This document shows positions 13,960 through 29,285 of a stretch of 64,000 bases of DNA, in pieces (within the stretch, counting starts at the first letter, position 1; every line of letters begins with the position of its first letter). The DNA is taken from assembly GCF_009914755.1 (NCBI RefSeq), contig NC_060932.1; one strand, given 5' to 3'. The translations under genes were made by a program, and so were the position numbers. Origin of the DNA: the human T2T-CHM13v2.0 reference genome, Homo sapiens. The notes beneath the pieces are model-generated. The model did no database searches and was not told where the DNA came from. It worked only from the letters and a program-made list of their open reading frames with translations.

Positions 13960-14620
13960 CAAACTAGTTCCTCGTTCCTGGGACCGTCCCTAGTGTGGAT
14001 AAAAGCCAACTTCCCACAGTCTTTGTCGGTCTTTTCAACTTTTCTCTGCTCTCGCTCAACTCCCAGAGGGCCGGGTGGCGCCGGCCAGCCGACGTCCCAG
14101 CGGTGGCCTCCCCGCCCAGCCGCTGTGCAGCGGGGCGGGGCCGAACTGGCAGCCAGGAAATGCCCTGGAGTGTGTGTCACCTGTCCAGGACGACTTGTTG
14201 ATTCCCAGGAGGGCCGCCTTTCCGGTCTGGGTCCCCGAGAGGACTGCCTTGCTCACCTGTCCCCTCGGCGCGGCCCCGGGGAGCTCCCGAGAGGCCCCCG
14301 GGATCGCTGGCCCTCCGAACTCCACAGCAATGAGCAAGTTGGGCAAGTTCTTTAAAGGGGGCGGCTCTTCTAAGAGCCGAGCCGCTCCCAGTCCCCAGGA
14401 GGCCCTGGTCCGACTTCGGGAGACTGAGGAGATGCTGGGCAAGAAACAAGAGTACCTGGAAAATCGAATCCAGAGAGAAATCGCCCTGGCCAAGAAGCAC
14501 GGCACGCAGAATAAGCGAGGTAGGCTGGGGTCTGGCCCACAGGCGGGAGCCCATCTGCCTCTAGCCTTTCCCTTGGGGACAATCGGCCCACACCACTGAG
14601 GTCCCCAGGTGGCCAGGTTT
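13960..14620 (+). promoter_or_regulatory. CHMP4C: CHMP4C CpG-rich promoter and exon 1
   Basis: CpG-rich; GC box GGGGCGGGGC at 14132-14141; CACCTG/CAGGTG E-boxes at 14178, 14254 and 14606. Confidence 0.85.
14330..14519 (+). CDS. CHMP4C: CHMP4C coding exon 1 (Snf7/ESCRT-III subunit)
   Basis: MSKLGKFFKGGGSSKSRAAPSPQEALVRLRETEEMLGKKQEYLENRIQREIALAKKHGTQNKR; 190 nt; donor GAG|GTAGGC. Confidence 0.98.
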
Positions 14621-14658
14621 GCTCCTGCAGTCTTTTCTAGGAACTGGTACTGACTCTT

Positions 14659-15045
14659 AGGGCACTGACTAGGGTGAGTTGAGCTAGACACTGGCACTGA
14701 TGGCAAAATGTAAGGGGCCGCCAAAAATCTCAGTAATCAAGATGAACAATACTTTAATGCAATACCTAAAGGACTCAGAACCAATGCCAAAAAAGAAATG
14801 ATGAAGAAAATATCAAAATTTTAAATAAAGACAAGATTGGTATTGATTTTTTTCATTTGCCTCTAGCTCTTATGTTGTTATGTGCAGCACATCTTTATTT
14901 AAAATTATTTTTTATAATGTGATGATTTGTTCATCGTGGATTTTTTAATATTAATTTTGAATTTTAAAAATATTGCATTAAAATATTATTTGTCTTGATT
15001 ACTGAGTGTTTTCGCACCCCTGTAAATTTTGCTCCTGGTCCAGCT
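14659..15045. mobile_element. Non-autonomous hAT DNA transposon (MER96B-like)
   Basis: Internal inverted repeats CTCAGTAATCAAGA / TCTTGATTACTGAG; start resembles GGACTAGGGTGAG terminus. Confidence 0.55.
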
Positions 15046-16039
15046 TTTTCTAGGCCAGCCTTGCTGACTCCAACACTAACCATGAAGTTTTCTGCTGTAT
15101 GTTTGTATATTAAATTACACATTTTAACTTGCACGTAAATCTTCAGAAAAGGATATTCTAGTACGTTGTGGTCTACCTTGCTCCTCAGCTGTGGAAAGCT
15201 TTAGCTGGATGTTCGGCAGTTGAAGTCTTAAAAAAAAAAAAGGTAGAGGAATTAATTATTAAATTTCCTATCACTGACTTTTGGCACACACAAGAGACTT
15301 TGAGTCAGTAATGATTCTTGGTGTTCCTGTTGCACCTTGAACACCTGTTCTTTGCCAGAGTTAACTGATTTCTTCAGTATACTGCTCCTTCTATTGGAAT
15401 ACCTCTAAACAGCACCTGTGGCACAGATAAAAACTCAGTGAGAAGTTGAAGTGATTTGCTCTTGTAACACCGGGTTCATGGCAGACCCAGAAAAGGAAGT
15501 GGCAATATCGGACTCTGCTTACCACCAAACCCAAACATTTGCACCCTCAAGTTGGGCTTCTTTAGTCATAATGAAGCCTTGGGAAGATTTGGCTCACTCT
15601 ACAGGATGCTGCCATTGTTTAATGCAGGAAAGGAATGAAGTCTCAAGGAGATGAACTTGAGAACTCTGCCTCTTTCTGTAAAAGTGTGCCAGCTACATTT
15701 ATGCCCACTTACCACCAACAATAAGAAGGCTGTTTTATTGCATATAACTTTTGTGCATATTATAGCCTGTTTTAGAGGTAAGTACTGATTTCTACTTTTA
15801 CTTTGTGTCTGAAAATATTCTGGGAAGTTATGCAATGGCAATTTCTAAAGAAAGACCATGTCATTATGGCTTGCTAAAAATGTTGTTGGTCATTTTGCTC
15901 CTTGGCCCTTCCTCTTCAGTTTGATACACACTCTGACGTTTGCTTAGTGTCTGTCAAGGGTTTTCTTCCCTTTGCCATCTATTTGGATCTGTGTACAGCT
16001 TTGTCTACCATGGTTGCTCAGCAAATATTGGTGGTGGTT

Positions 16040-16332
<293 letters not shown>

Positions 16333-16600
16333 GATGTTGGTTTTAAAAATCTAAAAAATTGACCATTTCCTTCTAGGAAGTGGTAAAAATGTAAATTTGT
16401 TTTCAAAGACAGAGTGCAAAATAATGTGGGTTTTACTGATTTTTTTCAGAGGTACTCTTCAATTGGCAATGCACAAAAATTCGATCTCAATTTGACTTTA
16501 TGAATAAAGACAAAAAATTTAAAGACAGTGCTAATTAAGACTACCAATCTAACTTCCTTAAATCAAGAAAGTTATAGATGCAAGTATGAATGGCAAATAA

Positions 16601-16896
<296 letters not shown>

Positions 16897-17500
16897 CTAA
16901 TTTTTAATAGAAAAGTCATTAACTCTGTCTTCAGAAGCTTCACTGGTGTTAGTGTCTAGAAACTCCCAGAGCTTCTAGAGTGACTCTGGGAGTAAGAAGA
17001 GGCTGGTTAGCATGAGGTCATCTGTAATCTAAGCTATGGAAAGAATTCAATCTTAGGCTCCTGCGTTGGTAACACGCTCAATATCAGAACCTTCTAAATA
17101 AACCAGATAACTTCATATACTTCATAACTTCATATACATAGTTAACTGTCTTCTATTAGCCACCAAGTGATATAAAATAGTAAAATAAAACCTGATATAC
17201 TTACTACTAAATGGCCCCTGTGTGGCACAATGCCATTGCTAGAATGGCTGTAATTTATATGATAATCAGGGTGACATAATTTATGTGCAATTGAAGTTTT
17301 ATTATTAGAGATGGTTGGTCAGCTAATATATTCTCTGAATGGCCAGGTAGCATTATATCAGAAAAGGCCACACTCCTAGCCATTTCAGATTCTTCAAAGA
17401 TCAATTTCTCTACAACAACAGAAGCTTTGACAGCATTCTAAATGTCAAAATGAGTTTTACTGGTAAAATGAAAAACTTTTAATTAGCATAATAAATGTTA

Positions 17501-17832
<332 letters not shown>

Positions 17833-17857
17833 TTAGAAACGGGATCTCACTGGTGAA

Positions 17858-18142
17858 TTTTTTTGAGACAGGGTCTCGCTTTGTCACTTAGGCTGGATTG
17901 CAGTGGTGTGATCAGGGCTCACTGCAGCCTTGACCTCCGAGACCCAAGTGATCCTTCCACCTCAGCTTCCTGAGTAGCTAGCACCACAGGCACGCACTAC
18001 CACACCCAGCTATTTAATTTTCTTTTTTTTTTGTATAGGTGAGGTCTCCCTATGTTGCCCAGGCTGGTCTCAAACTCCTGGGCTTAAGCAATTCTCTTGC
18101 CTCATCCTCCCAAAGTGCTGACAAGAGCCACTGGGCCTGGCC
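17858..18142 (-). mobile_element. AluJ
   Basis: Reverse Alu with J-type features (GAGACAGGGTCTCGCT, CTCCTGGGCTTAAGCAAT). Confidence 0.9.
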
Positions 18143-18889
18143 TAATTGGTGAAATTCTACATATTCTAAATATGTGGATTGCTAAAACAGTTTAGAGACA
18201 CTTCCAATACCCTCCGCACCCACCCCATGTATGAACAGGATGAATCTACTAGGTGTGTAATTAACTTAACACTAGAATGGTGCCTGAAACTAGATCTCAA
18301 ATCAGTGCAGTGTCCAGTCCTTAGTTTAGGTGGGTTTCTGATGGTGCGCACCTCTAATAGGGCACAGCACCTGCCAGGGAACATTGCTGTCTTCCTCAGT
18401 GAGCCTTTCATGCAGGGTGAATTGGAGCACCTCAAAGTACCTAGAGTTGGGACTTCATTGAGCTCATGGGACAGGTTGGCAAATTATTTTTTGTGCTTGC
18501 TAGTGTATGTTTGTTTAATAATGTATATGCAGAATTTAGTCTGAAACTTGCTTTCATTACAACTCATTACTACTCATAGTACAGGGGTAGCTACTTCTCC
18601 TCCCTTCAAATTTATCTGGCAGTTACCATCATCATCCAGCAAAAAGAATTTGAGTAAACATGAACAAATTGATTTTGCAACAGTTGCTATCCAAGCCTCT
18701 ATTGATCAAAAGAGTAACAGTTGGAGCTTGAGTTATAATTTGGTTAAAAACTTTAGGAGGCCAGAGATTCTTGAATGCAGTTTATTTAGATTACTATGCT
18801 ATAACTCTTGCTTTATAGGTGGTAATCTACTTTGTGGAAAAGCTAACTTTTTATATATTATTTAATTTTTTGTTCTACTTCTTCTGAGC

Positions 18890-19030
18890 ACTGCGTCTTA
18901 AATAGTCACCTGGATGCATGGGGCCCACCCCCATTTATTCTGATATAATTGACTGGAGTGGGGATCAGGCATCTGTTTTTTTTAAAGTGCCCCCACCTGA
19001 TTCTGACCTGTGGGCCAGGGTTAAGGATGG
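18890..19030. mobile_element. MER5A-like DNA transposon remnant
   Basis: GGGCCCACCCC..TTCTGAT..GGAGTGGGG..CAGGCATCTG..TTTAAAG..CCTGATTCTGA pattern. Confidence 0.55.
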
Positions 19031-20742
19031 GAAGCCTAAATCCATAGGAATGTTAATGAGATGGAAAAACAAGATCTGTTCCTATCCCAGTGCTTCCGGC
19101 CTTGGGAGCTAAAGGGTATCAATATCTCAGCACACTGCAGAACTCTCCTGCCACACTGATCTGGCAATACACACCTTACAGGTCACTATTCCAACTTTAT
19201 TTATTGATTTATTTTTTGCTTAAATATAATATCCCAATCCATTTTTTTGCATATTTAATAGAAAGTATCTTGGTGTTGTAGTTAAGAGCCTGGGCTTCAA
19301 AGCAGACAGCCAAATAAAGTCCCACATTTGATTTCCATCCCTGCCTGGCCACTTAGTAGCTCAATGACCCTAGACTAATAATTTGACTTGTCTAATCCTG
19401 TTTCCTTATCTGCATAATGGCAACGATGACATAAATCCTCGGAGTTGTGGGGATGAATGACATTATTGGGTAAAGCATTCAGTGCAGTGCTTTATAAACA
19501 TTAGCTCTTGGTATAAACTAATTACATTTTAAAAAGCTGTACTTGGCCCAGTTTTTGGCCAAATTTGGTCTTCTGGAATACCACCAAATAAATCTACTTC
19601 ATCTGTCCTCTGAAGGCCTTTCACATATTTTATGACAGCAATCAATTCTTCAAGTCTCCTGTTCCTTGCCTACCTTTTTCACCCTCCTCAGTGACTCCTT
19701 ACTGTGCTGAGGTTTTCTCACTAGGGGCAGGTCAAGGATGAGGCAGGTGAGATGCCTAGGACACAGTTGTGTGACCCTGAGAGTGAGTGCCTCCTTGCAG
19801 TTTGCCTCTTTTTCCCCCTCATCCTAGTCCTAGCTCTATTGCTTGCCATATCCCAGGCTTAGCAGTAACTCCAAATATGTAAATATGTGAAAATGAGTGG
19901 ATCTAGTCTGGGGTGATTTGTAGGCTGATAAGGATTAAGGGTTGAGATGGAGAGAAAGCAAATTTGGCCAAAACCCCTACTCAATATCATTACACACGAT
20001 TCCAGTGAAAACTGGGTTCAGAAGCTGTTCTACCTCTTCATCAGGTGTCTGTTTGGAGAAGTGAGTCTCCAGGACAGAAGTCCTCTATTGAATAAGCTCT
20101 CTCACTTTGAAGCCTGGGCTGTATTGGTAAGGATGAATTTGTTTTCAGAATCATGATGTGGACTTGATCTTCTTTGGAGAGAAGGAGTGTGCACAATCCC
20201 ACTCTTAGTTCAGTGGGAAGAACCTCCTCGGTCTCTTAATTTTGCTTTTTATCATAGTTGTCATAGAGCTCAATTCTGCAGTCCTCAGACACTGCAGATC
20301 AGAAGGACATCTGTGTAAAGAGATTCAGCTAGTTGAATGTCAAACTAGTGATAGCAAAACCATGGCTCAGGTAAAACGACACAGCCATGGACTGCAAGAG
20401 CTTGATGGAAGTTCCCCTGGGAGATATAACTTACCTAGTAACCTCCATTCTTAAGACAATCTCTCAAAATGTGATACTCAGATCACCTGCATCACAATTC
20501 CTTCTGTTTATTTCACTCATAAGTATTCACTAAAGATTCTAATTTTGTAGGTTAATTATAGGGTCCAGAAATTTGGACTTTGAACAAGTAACTCAATGAC
20601 TGCTCCCCACTTTGAGAATTTATGAAGTATTATTCAATAAGCTGTTAAACTGGAAGGGATTACTCTCTATTTATTCTATTTTCTTCCTCACCCATTTGTA
20701 CTTTTTCTCCCTTCCTCTATCATCACTCAGATAATTGGATGA

Positions 20743-20993
<251 letters not shown>

Positions 20994-21902
20994 TCAGACT
21001 TATCCAGTATTCAAATTAGAATCAGTCATTAAAATACATTTCTTTGTGTGCCTTTGATTTTCTGATTATTTTGTACCATACTCGGTATTCTAAGGCCTGG
21101 GGGATTGTGGGGGGGGGGGTGGAAAAAAAAAAAGTCTTATCCCTGGGGCATTAACAACCAATACCTAGGCCAGATCTTACTCTCCAGTCAACTACCCCTC
21201 TCCTGGAAAAGATAGATCAATGGAAACATGATCCTCCCCTCAACCTTCATCCCTAATTTCCCTCCCTTACCAGAAGCTCCACTTGGGCTTTCACCCCACA
21301 GTAGGAAAACCTGAGACATGGGCACCTAGCCCTGGGAACCCTCTTCACTTAAGTTGTTGTTTTAAACTTTGAGCTTCCCCACTATCTCCCTCTCTTTTCT
21401 GAGCCATTGCAAGGATCCAATATAGACTAACACTGCACTTGCACCCTTAGTTACTGGACAGCACAGAGTGGCCTGGGCTTGTTATTTATTTTGTTCTGTT
21501 AATACTGTCTCAATTTGAATATGATTTTTCAGATACCCATTTCACTTGCCTTTTTCCCATTGGATGTGGAAAGAGCTAAAACTCCCAGCCAAATTATTCC
21601 CCACACTCCCGTGGAAATCAATATGTTCAGCTGCATTTAGTATTTGACATTTATTTCTATTAAATGTCCTCTTATTTTCGGTTGTTTTAGAATTAAGATT
21701 TTAATTCCAATTTTATTGTCTTATATGCAAGCTATTTCTTTTAGTTAAATTAGCCACAAATTTGACCTGCAGCCTCTATTGTTGTTGTAGAAGTTGTTGT
21801 TAAAATATTGAATAAGACAGAACCAAGGACAGAACCTTGGCATGCCACTAGAGACTTCATTTCAGGATGGCCTTTGCATGATAGCAACCGTGTTTCATCC
21901 GC

Positions 21903-22231
21903 TGAGGCGGCAGTCCCCAACCCTTTTGGCACCAGGGACCAGTTTCATGGAAGACAATTTTTCCATGGCTGTTTGGGGGGTAGGGGGAATGGTTTTGAAA
22001 TTAAACTGTTCCACCTCAGATCATCAGGTACTGGATTATCATAAGAAGTGCACAACCTAGATCCTCGCATGCTCAGTTCACAATAGGTTTCTCGCTCCTA
22101 TGAGAATGTAATGCTGCTGGTGATATGACAGGAGATGGCGCTCAGGTGGTAAGGCTTAATGGCCTGCCGCTCATCTCCTGCTTTGCAGCCCAGTTCCTAA
22201 CAGGACATGAACCGGGGTTTGGGAACCCCCG
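21903..22231 (+). mobile_element. MER1B-like hAT-Charlie DNA transposon
   Basis: GTCCCCAACCCTTTTGGCACCAGGGACCAGTTTCATGGAAGACAATTTTTCC...GGGGTTTGGGAACCCC. Confidence 0.8.
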
Positions 22232-25200
22232 GAGCTAAGGCATAATCCCAGTTTGACAGATCAACACTCAATGAATTCAGATGTTCATCTAGCTATAAAT
22301 ACACCTGACCCACATTTCTACTCCTTATCATCTTATTTCTCCAGCTTTTTCTCTTTTATTCAGCAATGCCCTCAATATTCCTTCTGAATAATATTCCTAA
22401 AACTGAACTGTATTTACACACCTGGGGTTCACAAATGCTGGCTTCTGAACTGATAGCGTGTTACCTTCATCAGATTCTCTGGAGAGCTTTTTAAAAATGC
22501 CACACCAGGAGATTCTGTTTCAAGGGATCTGGAATAAGGTTCAGGATCTTGGTACTCAAAGATGGGGTGATTTTGAAGTGTGTAATGCTTGGAGGCTAGT
22601 GGATGATCTACAGTTTTTCCTTGAGTCAGTATCCAGCAACCAAAAGAAAAGAAGCCTATGAAATTATTTTGGTATTTTTCATAGCTATGAACTCATATTG
22701 GCTTAGGGTAATCATCATCTTCTAACTCGTCAGAAACTGGAGTATTTTTGTTCTAGAATTTTGCTTTTAGTGTGTGTGACACAGTTTGCTGATGGATTGT
22801 AGCAACTTCTAGAAGAGCAATTGCTACTGTTTCTTATGTTATATAATATTACATCTAGTTTTTTTTCATGAATTTGGAGCAGTATTGTAAATATTTAAAC
22901 ATTTATCATTATTCATTTAAATTCCACAAGGATGAAAGGCACCACATTTGGGGAAATATTTACATTAAGCAAATAATATAATTCCCTTCATTTATACTAT
23001 TTTACAGTTTATTGAGTCAATCAAAATAAGGTAGAATAAGTTAGAAAAGGTATTACTAACACCATGATTATGCCAAAGTCATAGGATTTACACAGTTACA
23101 GGGAATTATGGCAAGAGAGTACTGTGAGCTTACCTACAGATGTGCTTAGTACTACTAGTTTATTTCTCAGTACTTAGGACCACTTATTTCAGGTGATTTT
23201 TTAAGATAAAAGTACCAGATACTCTAACCAGTGATAAATAAGACAAGGGATCTAATACTCAGTTAAAAAAATTATAAGGTTTGGCTTTGGGGGTCAGCTT
23301 TGGAATGGGTAAGAATGATCTATTTTGACATTCGTTTTTTGTACTATGCCTAAGTACATGTGAATCTATTTGTACTTTTAAGGAATAAAATTATCACAGA
23401 ACTTAAGATATACAGATGATATTGTTGATTTATTTTTAAATGTCACAGTCTCATCTGCTTTAGTAAACTTAACTAGTTTCATACTTTTCATGCCTACTGG
23501 TAATTTTCGTTTCTCCTACCTTTTCTGCTTATCATTTGAGAGAAGTTTTAACAAATACACAGTTAGTTTAAAAGTTTGCAGAAGAAGAAAAAATAAAATT
23601 AAAACAAACAAAAGTCTGAATTAAATATGAAACATACAGTATGCCACTCTTTGAATAATTGACTTTTCCTGTACTAGACATTTTGATTCTTTACTTCAAG
23701 CAATTGGTGCTGATAGGGAATTGCTTGTTGGAAAGATTTAGGACCCTGTCCAAAGCTTCTAAGATCATGGTTTAAAGCAGTAAGAGCTATTATACCTAGA
23801 CCAATGGCTTTTTTAACCACTGCTAAGCCTTTTTGCAGGTATTTCTCATTTGTAGGAATTTCCAGGTAGCTAGAAGCCCCCACTACTATCACTCTGCACA
23901 ACCTCCAACATCTCTTCCCCAATCTAAGAATCTAGTGACTTAAAATACCAACACTGTAATCACTACTTGCAAAACAAACAAGCCCCAAAAAAGCAAGCAA
24001 ACGAGAATGGTAATTTTAAAATTACAGGCAAGGAAAATAGGTCATTCTCTGTTAACAGTTGGGAAGCCTTGCATTAAGAGTTAAATTCTTGATTTAAAAA
24101 TTAAAATTCAATGTCAGCTATCTAGCTTAAATGAAATAAAGTTTACATGTGTATGTTTAACCTAGATGGAAATTTAGAGGAGTAAAATTATGCAACTAAA
24201 CATTTAAGAAGTACTTTGGACATTTTATTCTTTATTTAAATATGAAGTCTTAGTGAATCTTTTTGGCTCTATCACATGGTGTTATATGCTACGTAGTCAT
24301 ACTGGGTGCGTCTTATTTGCTGCAGCAGTAACGTTGTTTAACAGGCCTTGCTCACTTAGCAGTGCTATTTACATTATCATTTCTTTCCATATATTTAATA
24401 TATATAAAGTGAAAGTAAATATAACCTTGGAGTTTGAACAAAGATATTATTGTAACTCAAAACTTCTACTGTATTAACTGTAGAAAAAAAATTATGATTA
24501 TGGTCAACTAATTTGCAAGTATTTCAAAGACCCCGTATGTAAGAGCCTATGCTTTATCATTTTGTGAGCAGTTTGAAAAGGTTTATTTATGAAAACTATA
24601 TTGATTTGTTGGTGTTACTTGTATTTGAAAACATTAAAGAATAGTATAGTTCATCATCAATTTCAAGGTAAATCTATTCTTAAAGAATTTCAAATACTAA
24701 CAGTTAACTTGAGGAGCTATATATTTTTTAAGATTTTTTGACGTTAGGGGCTCAAAGGAATAGTCATAGAACCACAGACAGTGAGAACTGAGAGGGGCTA
24801 AAGGAATACAGTTTGCTGGTTCTTGAACTTCACGTGTTAGAGCATCTGCAAGCCACAGGCACAGTGCTATGATATATTGCTGCATAAGATGACTAAGGAA
24901 TACTGTTTTACAAGTAGATAATTGAATCATATTAAATATATACATAATATATTATATATAATAAATTACATCTGTAGGTACACACATCTACTTTGTAAAA
25001 TTAAGCATAATCAGCTATTTCTGAGTTTTTCTGTTAAATATATAAATATGGCTTCATACTTATACTTAAAAAATATTCTAGATGATAACAGGCCCCCAAA
25101 ATTTAACAATTTGTGGGGTTATTAATAACACTAGCAGCAAATAAAAGACTCATTTATTCAATTAGTTATATATTCTGACTGGTATCAAACAATTAATTAG

Positions 25201-28200
25201 ATTTTTACAAAGAATATAAAATAGATTTTAATTAGTGTATTGGTATGTTGGTCAAATATGTTAATTTCTCTTGCCCAGCAATTGACTTCTGAAGCAATTA
25301 ATTACAAGAGATGAGAATTTTAGTGAGTATTTAAAATAAGTCTTTTATGCAAGCATTTCTTCCTTTTTTGACAACTCAAGGCACTTTTAGATCATGAACT
25401 TCCCTTCTCAGATTTACCTTTTTAAATATTCTCTTGCGTGATATCCTGGTAGCAAGAATTGCCTCATCTTCAAAAACAACCTCAAGCTCTTTAGAATAAG
25501 GAGCATCATTTCTGTTGGAAAATAACCTTAATTTCCTTTGCCCGTTTGCTGTCTCTCTGGAGAAGAGAGGGCACTGATCAGCCAGCCTATTTTTCTCCTC
25601 TTTTATACTTTATAGTATTAATCAATCACCTTGTTTAAACACAAAATTCAGTCCAAAGTTACTAGCTTGCTTATAGCAATATTGCACTTCCAAATGCCCT
25701 TAGAATATCTCTTATTTACTTTCTGCAATCTCATTCCTTTTTACTGCTTTCTCAGGCATCTGCTTTAGCATTATATAATCCTATATATCACTGTTGTGTG
25801 TTGGTCTTCTTCTAGATTGCTATTTACCCTCCATGTGACATTTAATATTGATGAGACCTCCAAAAATATGGAGGTTACATATAAGATTCAGCTGCTGTGG
25901 CAAGCAGGAGTGCAAATCTTTAAAACGAAGATGTGCTCTATATTTGAGGCTTATAGTTCCCAATTTCTAATATATCTCAGACAGAAACTTTTCAGTGGTA
26001 TGAGATTTGTAGTAGGAGAAAGGGTTGGGGGTGGAAGGAACCCATTGTGTAATACCTTTTTCATCATTCATGTTCTTTATTTATCAATGTGTTGAGTATA
26101 CATATAGACAGTCACTGGGGACTTTATCTACATAGAAGAAATGTAGCCATATTTCTTTCCATATATGAAAAGAAATGGTAATGTAAATAGAACTGCTCAC
26201 CGAGTAAGGCCTGTTGAACAAGGTTACTGCTACAGCGATGTCTGTGAAGCCTTCCCTTACCCTCCAGAGAGAGCCTGCAAATTACTCTGGGTACCCACTG
26301 CACCTTGTACATATCTCTTCTTATTCTCCTCTACATCTTCTCTACTACTTGAGGTAAAGAATGTAACTTACACACGTTAGTATCCCTAGGAACTGTGCCT
26401 ATAGCATAGTAGGTGCTTAATAAATGCTTACTGAATGATGAATAGGTGATTGCCCATTTCATATTTTGTCTCTCTCTGAGACTGGAGCCTTATTTCTTTG
26501 TCCCTCCAGTGCCTAACACAGTGCCAGGCATGTCATAGATCTTTAATACATACTTGTTAAGTGACTGAAATGAATGAATAAAGGTATTTTTTAAAAGTAA
26601 AGACGTTCAGTGAAATTCATAATGGGATGCCTCTGGCCAAATGCGTGTTAAAATTTTCTATTTCCCCAGTTGTTTTCAATCTAACCTGTGACATTGAGCA
26701 GATATATTTTGTTTTTTTTCCATTTGGGAAATGTCTATGATGATGCTTATTCAGATTGTGCTTTTTGAAAACCAAAACAATGTGCCATAAATTGAAGGTA
26801 TTGTTTAATTAATGAGGTGATTTGTATATGAGTAAGAACAGGGCTTACACTAAAGTTCCTCAAATAAAACATGACCACGAGCCTTCCCAGTTAAAAGCAA
26901 AAAATGACATAAGCAATTATGTGTGACATGTCTCTTAAGCATTCTCATATCTGGGCTTACTCTTTAAAGCCTCATCTTTTAGCCCTTCTCTAGAGATCAT
27001 TCCTGGGACAGAGAAAAGCTATTATAATGCAGTTTCACCTTTCAAAAACAGGTTTGTCTGTGTTCACTGGATATGATGGTTCCTAAAAGGTTCTTCCTGT
27101 GTGCTGACTAATGGATTAACAATGTGCACATTTATCCACCCCAAAGGAATGAAGAACAGGTTGACTTTTAAAACCAAAATGTCCTATACATTACATGAGC
27201 AGTGAAATTGAAACTCTTTTCTGCTAGTTTAAATTATTTGGCATAAATGACTGAAAGCCTTCGTCCCTTGGCAGCATAGTGGAGTTGCATAGGAATAGTT
27301 AAATTTTGGTTCAAATGGATAATTTTTGCATTTTAGTTCCAATCCCCAATGGGCTGCAGTAAGGACTCTTCACGTATCCTGCTAGCAATAGTACATAAAC
27401 GACATTGTTCGGCAACTCCAGTGCTGAAGGAACATCACTGTTATGCAAGGAGACAAAACCCCTGGCTGTTTCTCTACCACAAAGGAATACAGTAGATTCC
27501 TTTGTCTTAGAAAGAATGTTGTCCAGGTCTCATCAGCTGCTTAAAAGCACATACAGGAGTTTGGAAGATTGAACTGCACCTTCTACACAGGTTAAATTTC
27601 ACGGCTCTGAAAATGTCCTTTTTGGCCAAATCAGTAACAATGCTTGATTTGCAGCATTTGTTGCATGCCTTTGAAAAAATACAGCTGCTTCTTTCCCAAG
27701 TTGTTTATTAGGGAACAAGGTTAAGGCCTGTCCAGCTCATGATGTATCAGTGGCATCATCGTTTCATATAAGGAACAGCTCACTGAGAGACTCACATACA
27801 CTTCTTGGTTATTTAAAACAAAAGCCTCCTGTCTTAATGTTTGGGAGAAGCTTAACGTGCCAGGCAGAAATCATAGTAAATGTCAGGTATCCTAGGACCT
27901 GATCCAGCCATGCAGAAGTTACTGGTTTCATTCACACAGGTTTTTAGAAAAATGTAAAATAGCATGTAAAAATTGGGGAATTTTGCATGGAAATCCAGAT
28001 GTCTTGCTTCTTTTGAACACATGGTAGGCTGGGACTACAGGTCTGCAAGGCAGCCTGGCACTGAATCCCAACAGTGCTGCTTCCATTAGATCAGGTTTAT
28101 GCTCCCAGATCACTGGGGTCTCCAGTTCTTCCTCTTGACTCCCTTATACTGAGGCCAGTGTCTGTTGCTCTGTATTGCCACCATTGCACTAGTTTTTATT

Positions 28201-28698
28201 TTTATAGAAGAGAAACAGTTCTCTCTTTTTCTTTCTTTCTCACAGGAGAAAAAACAAAGAAGGACTTTTCCCTGACCTTCTAGCTGCTTCACTTAATTTC
28301 ATTATCTGCCTGGCTCCCTCTGAGTTTGGGACTCTGGTTGGGCCAACATGTAGTGTGTGGTATGGGAATTACAGTGTAAGTTGAGATCCCAAATGTTGGT
28401 GAATTTTAAAAAATTTCCCAAATATTTTGAAAAGCAGAAACCATATGCTAACATAGGTGTTTAAAATTATGTCCAAACCAGAACTTATTATTACTAATGA
28501 CTAACAATTGTAAGGTTCAGTGTCATACCATGAGAGTCCCACCATGTGGTTCTGACAACCTACAAAGGAAATGATGATGATAAAGATCCCTAATATTTAG
28601 TAATCACTCACTATGTGCCACTGAACGAAACATTTTATGAATGCTATTTCATTTACTTCTCAACAACTAAATGAGTTATATCTCCATTTTTCAGTAAG

Positions 28699-28953
28699 CA
28701 ACTTATGTAAAGCCACATAGCCTTACATGTGAATGAGGGAGCCCAGATTTGAAGGTAAACAACCCTAGAGCATGATGTTCTATTGTTGTCTTCTAGGTAC
28801 TGTTGTTCTTGTCATGCAGGTGAGGGAACATCACTTAAAATGAGTACAGGTCATGCATCACGATTATTACACACAGGTATTAAGTGGTTTAGGTAGAATT
28901 AAAACATAGGTCTAGAGCTTCAGAGCTCCACCCTTTATACCAAATTGCTTTTC
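28699..28953 (+). repeat. Left arm of 255-bp inverted duplication
   Basis: Reverse complement of 31266-31520 with 2 mismatches found. Confidence 0.96.
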
Positions 28954-29285
28954 TAGATTTTCAGAAAGTTATCTAAAATTAATTTTTACTAAGAAATATG
29001 ACATATTTTTAAATGGAGAACTTAAAAAAGTTGCTCAAAAAAAAAAAAGAGTGAAGCCTTAGGGTCAATGGGTACCCGTTCGGTTCCAAATATGTATAGG
29101 CACTGAACCAGCCTGACTAGATAGGGAAGACATGCACTCTGAAGATTCCACTTCCGGGTATGTTGGGTGGGGATGTATATTTAGAGTTTAGCTTCATAGG
29201 ATACTCTGCTGAATAGTACTGTTTGTTGTACCTATTGAAATGTAGAAATGTTTTGTAATATTATGTTTCTGTTATGATGAGGTAT

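Noticed and set aside
13797-14724. Long ORFs (125-222 aa) on both strands around CHMP4C exon 1
   Set aside because: Stop-poor CpG-island sequence; only 14330-14519 matches a real protein.
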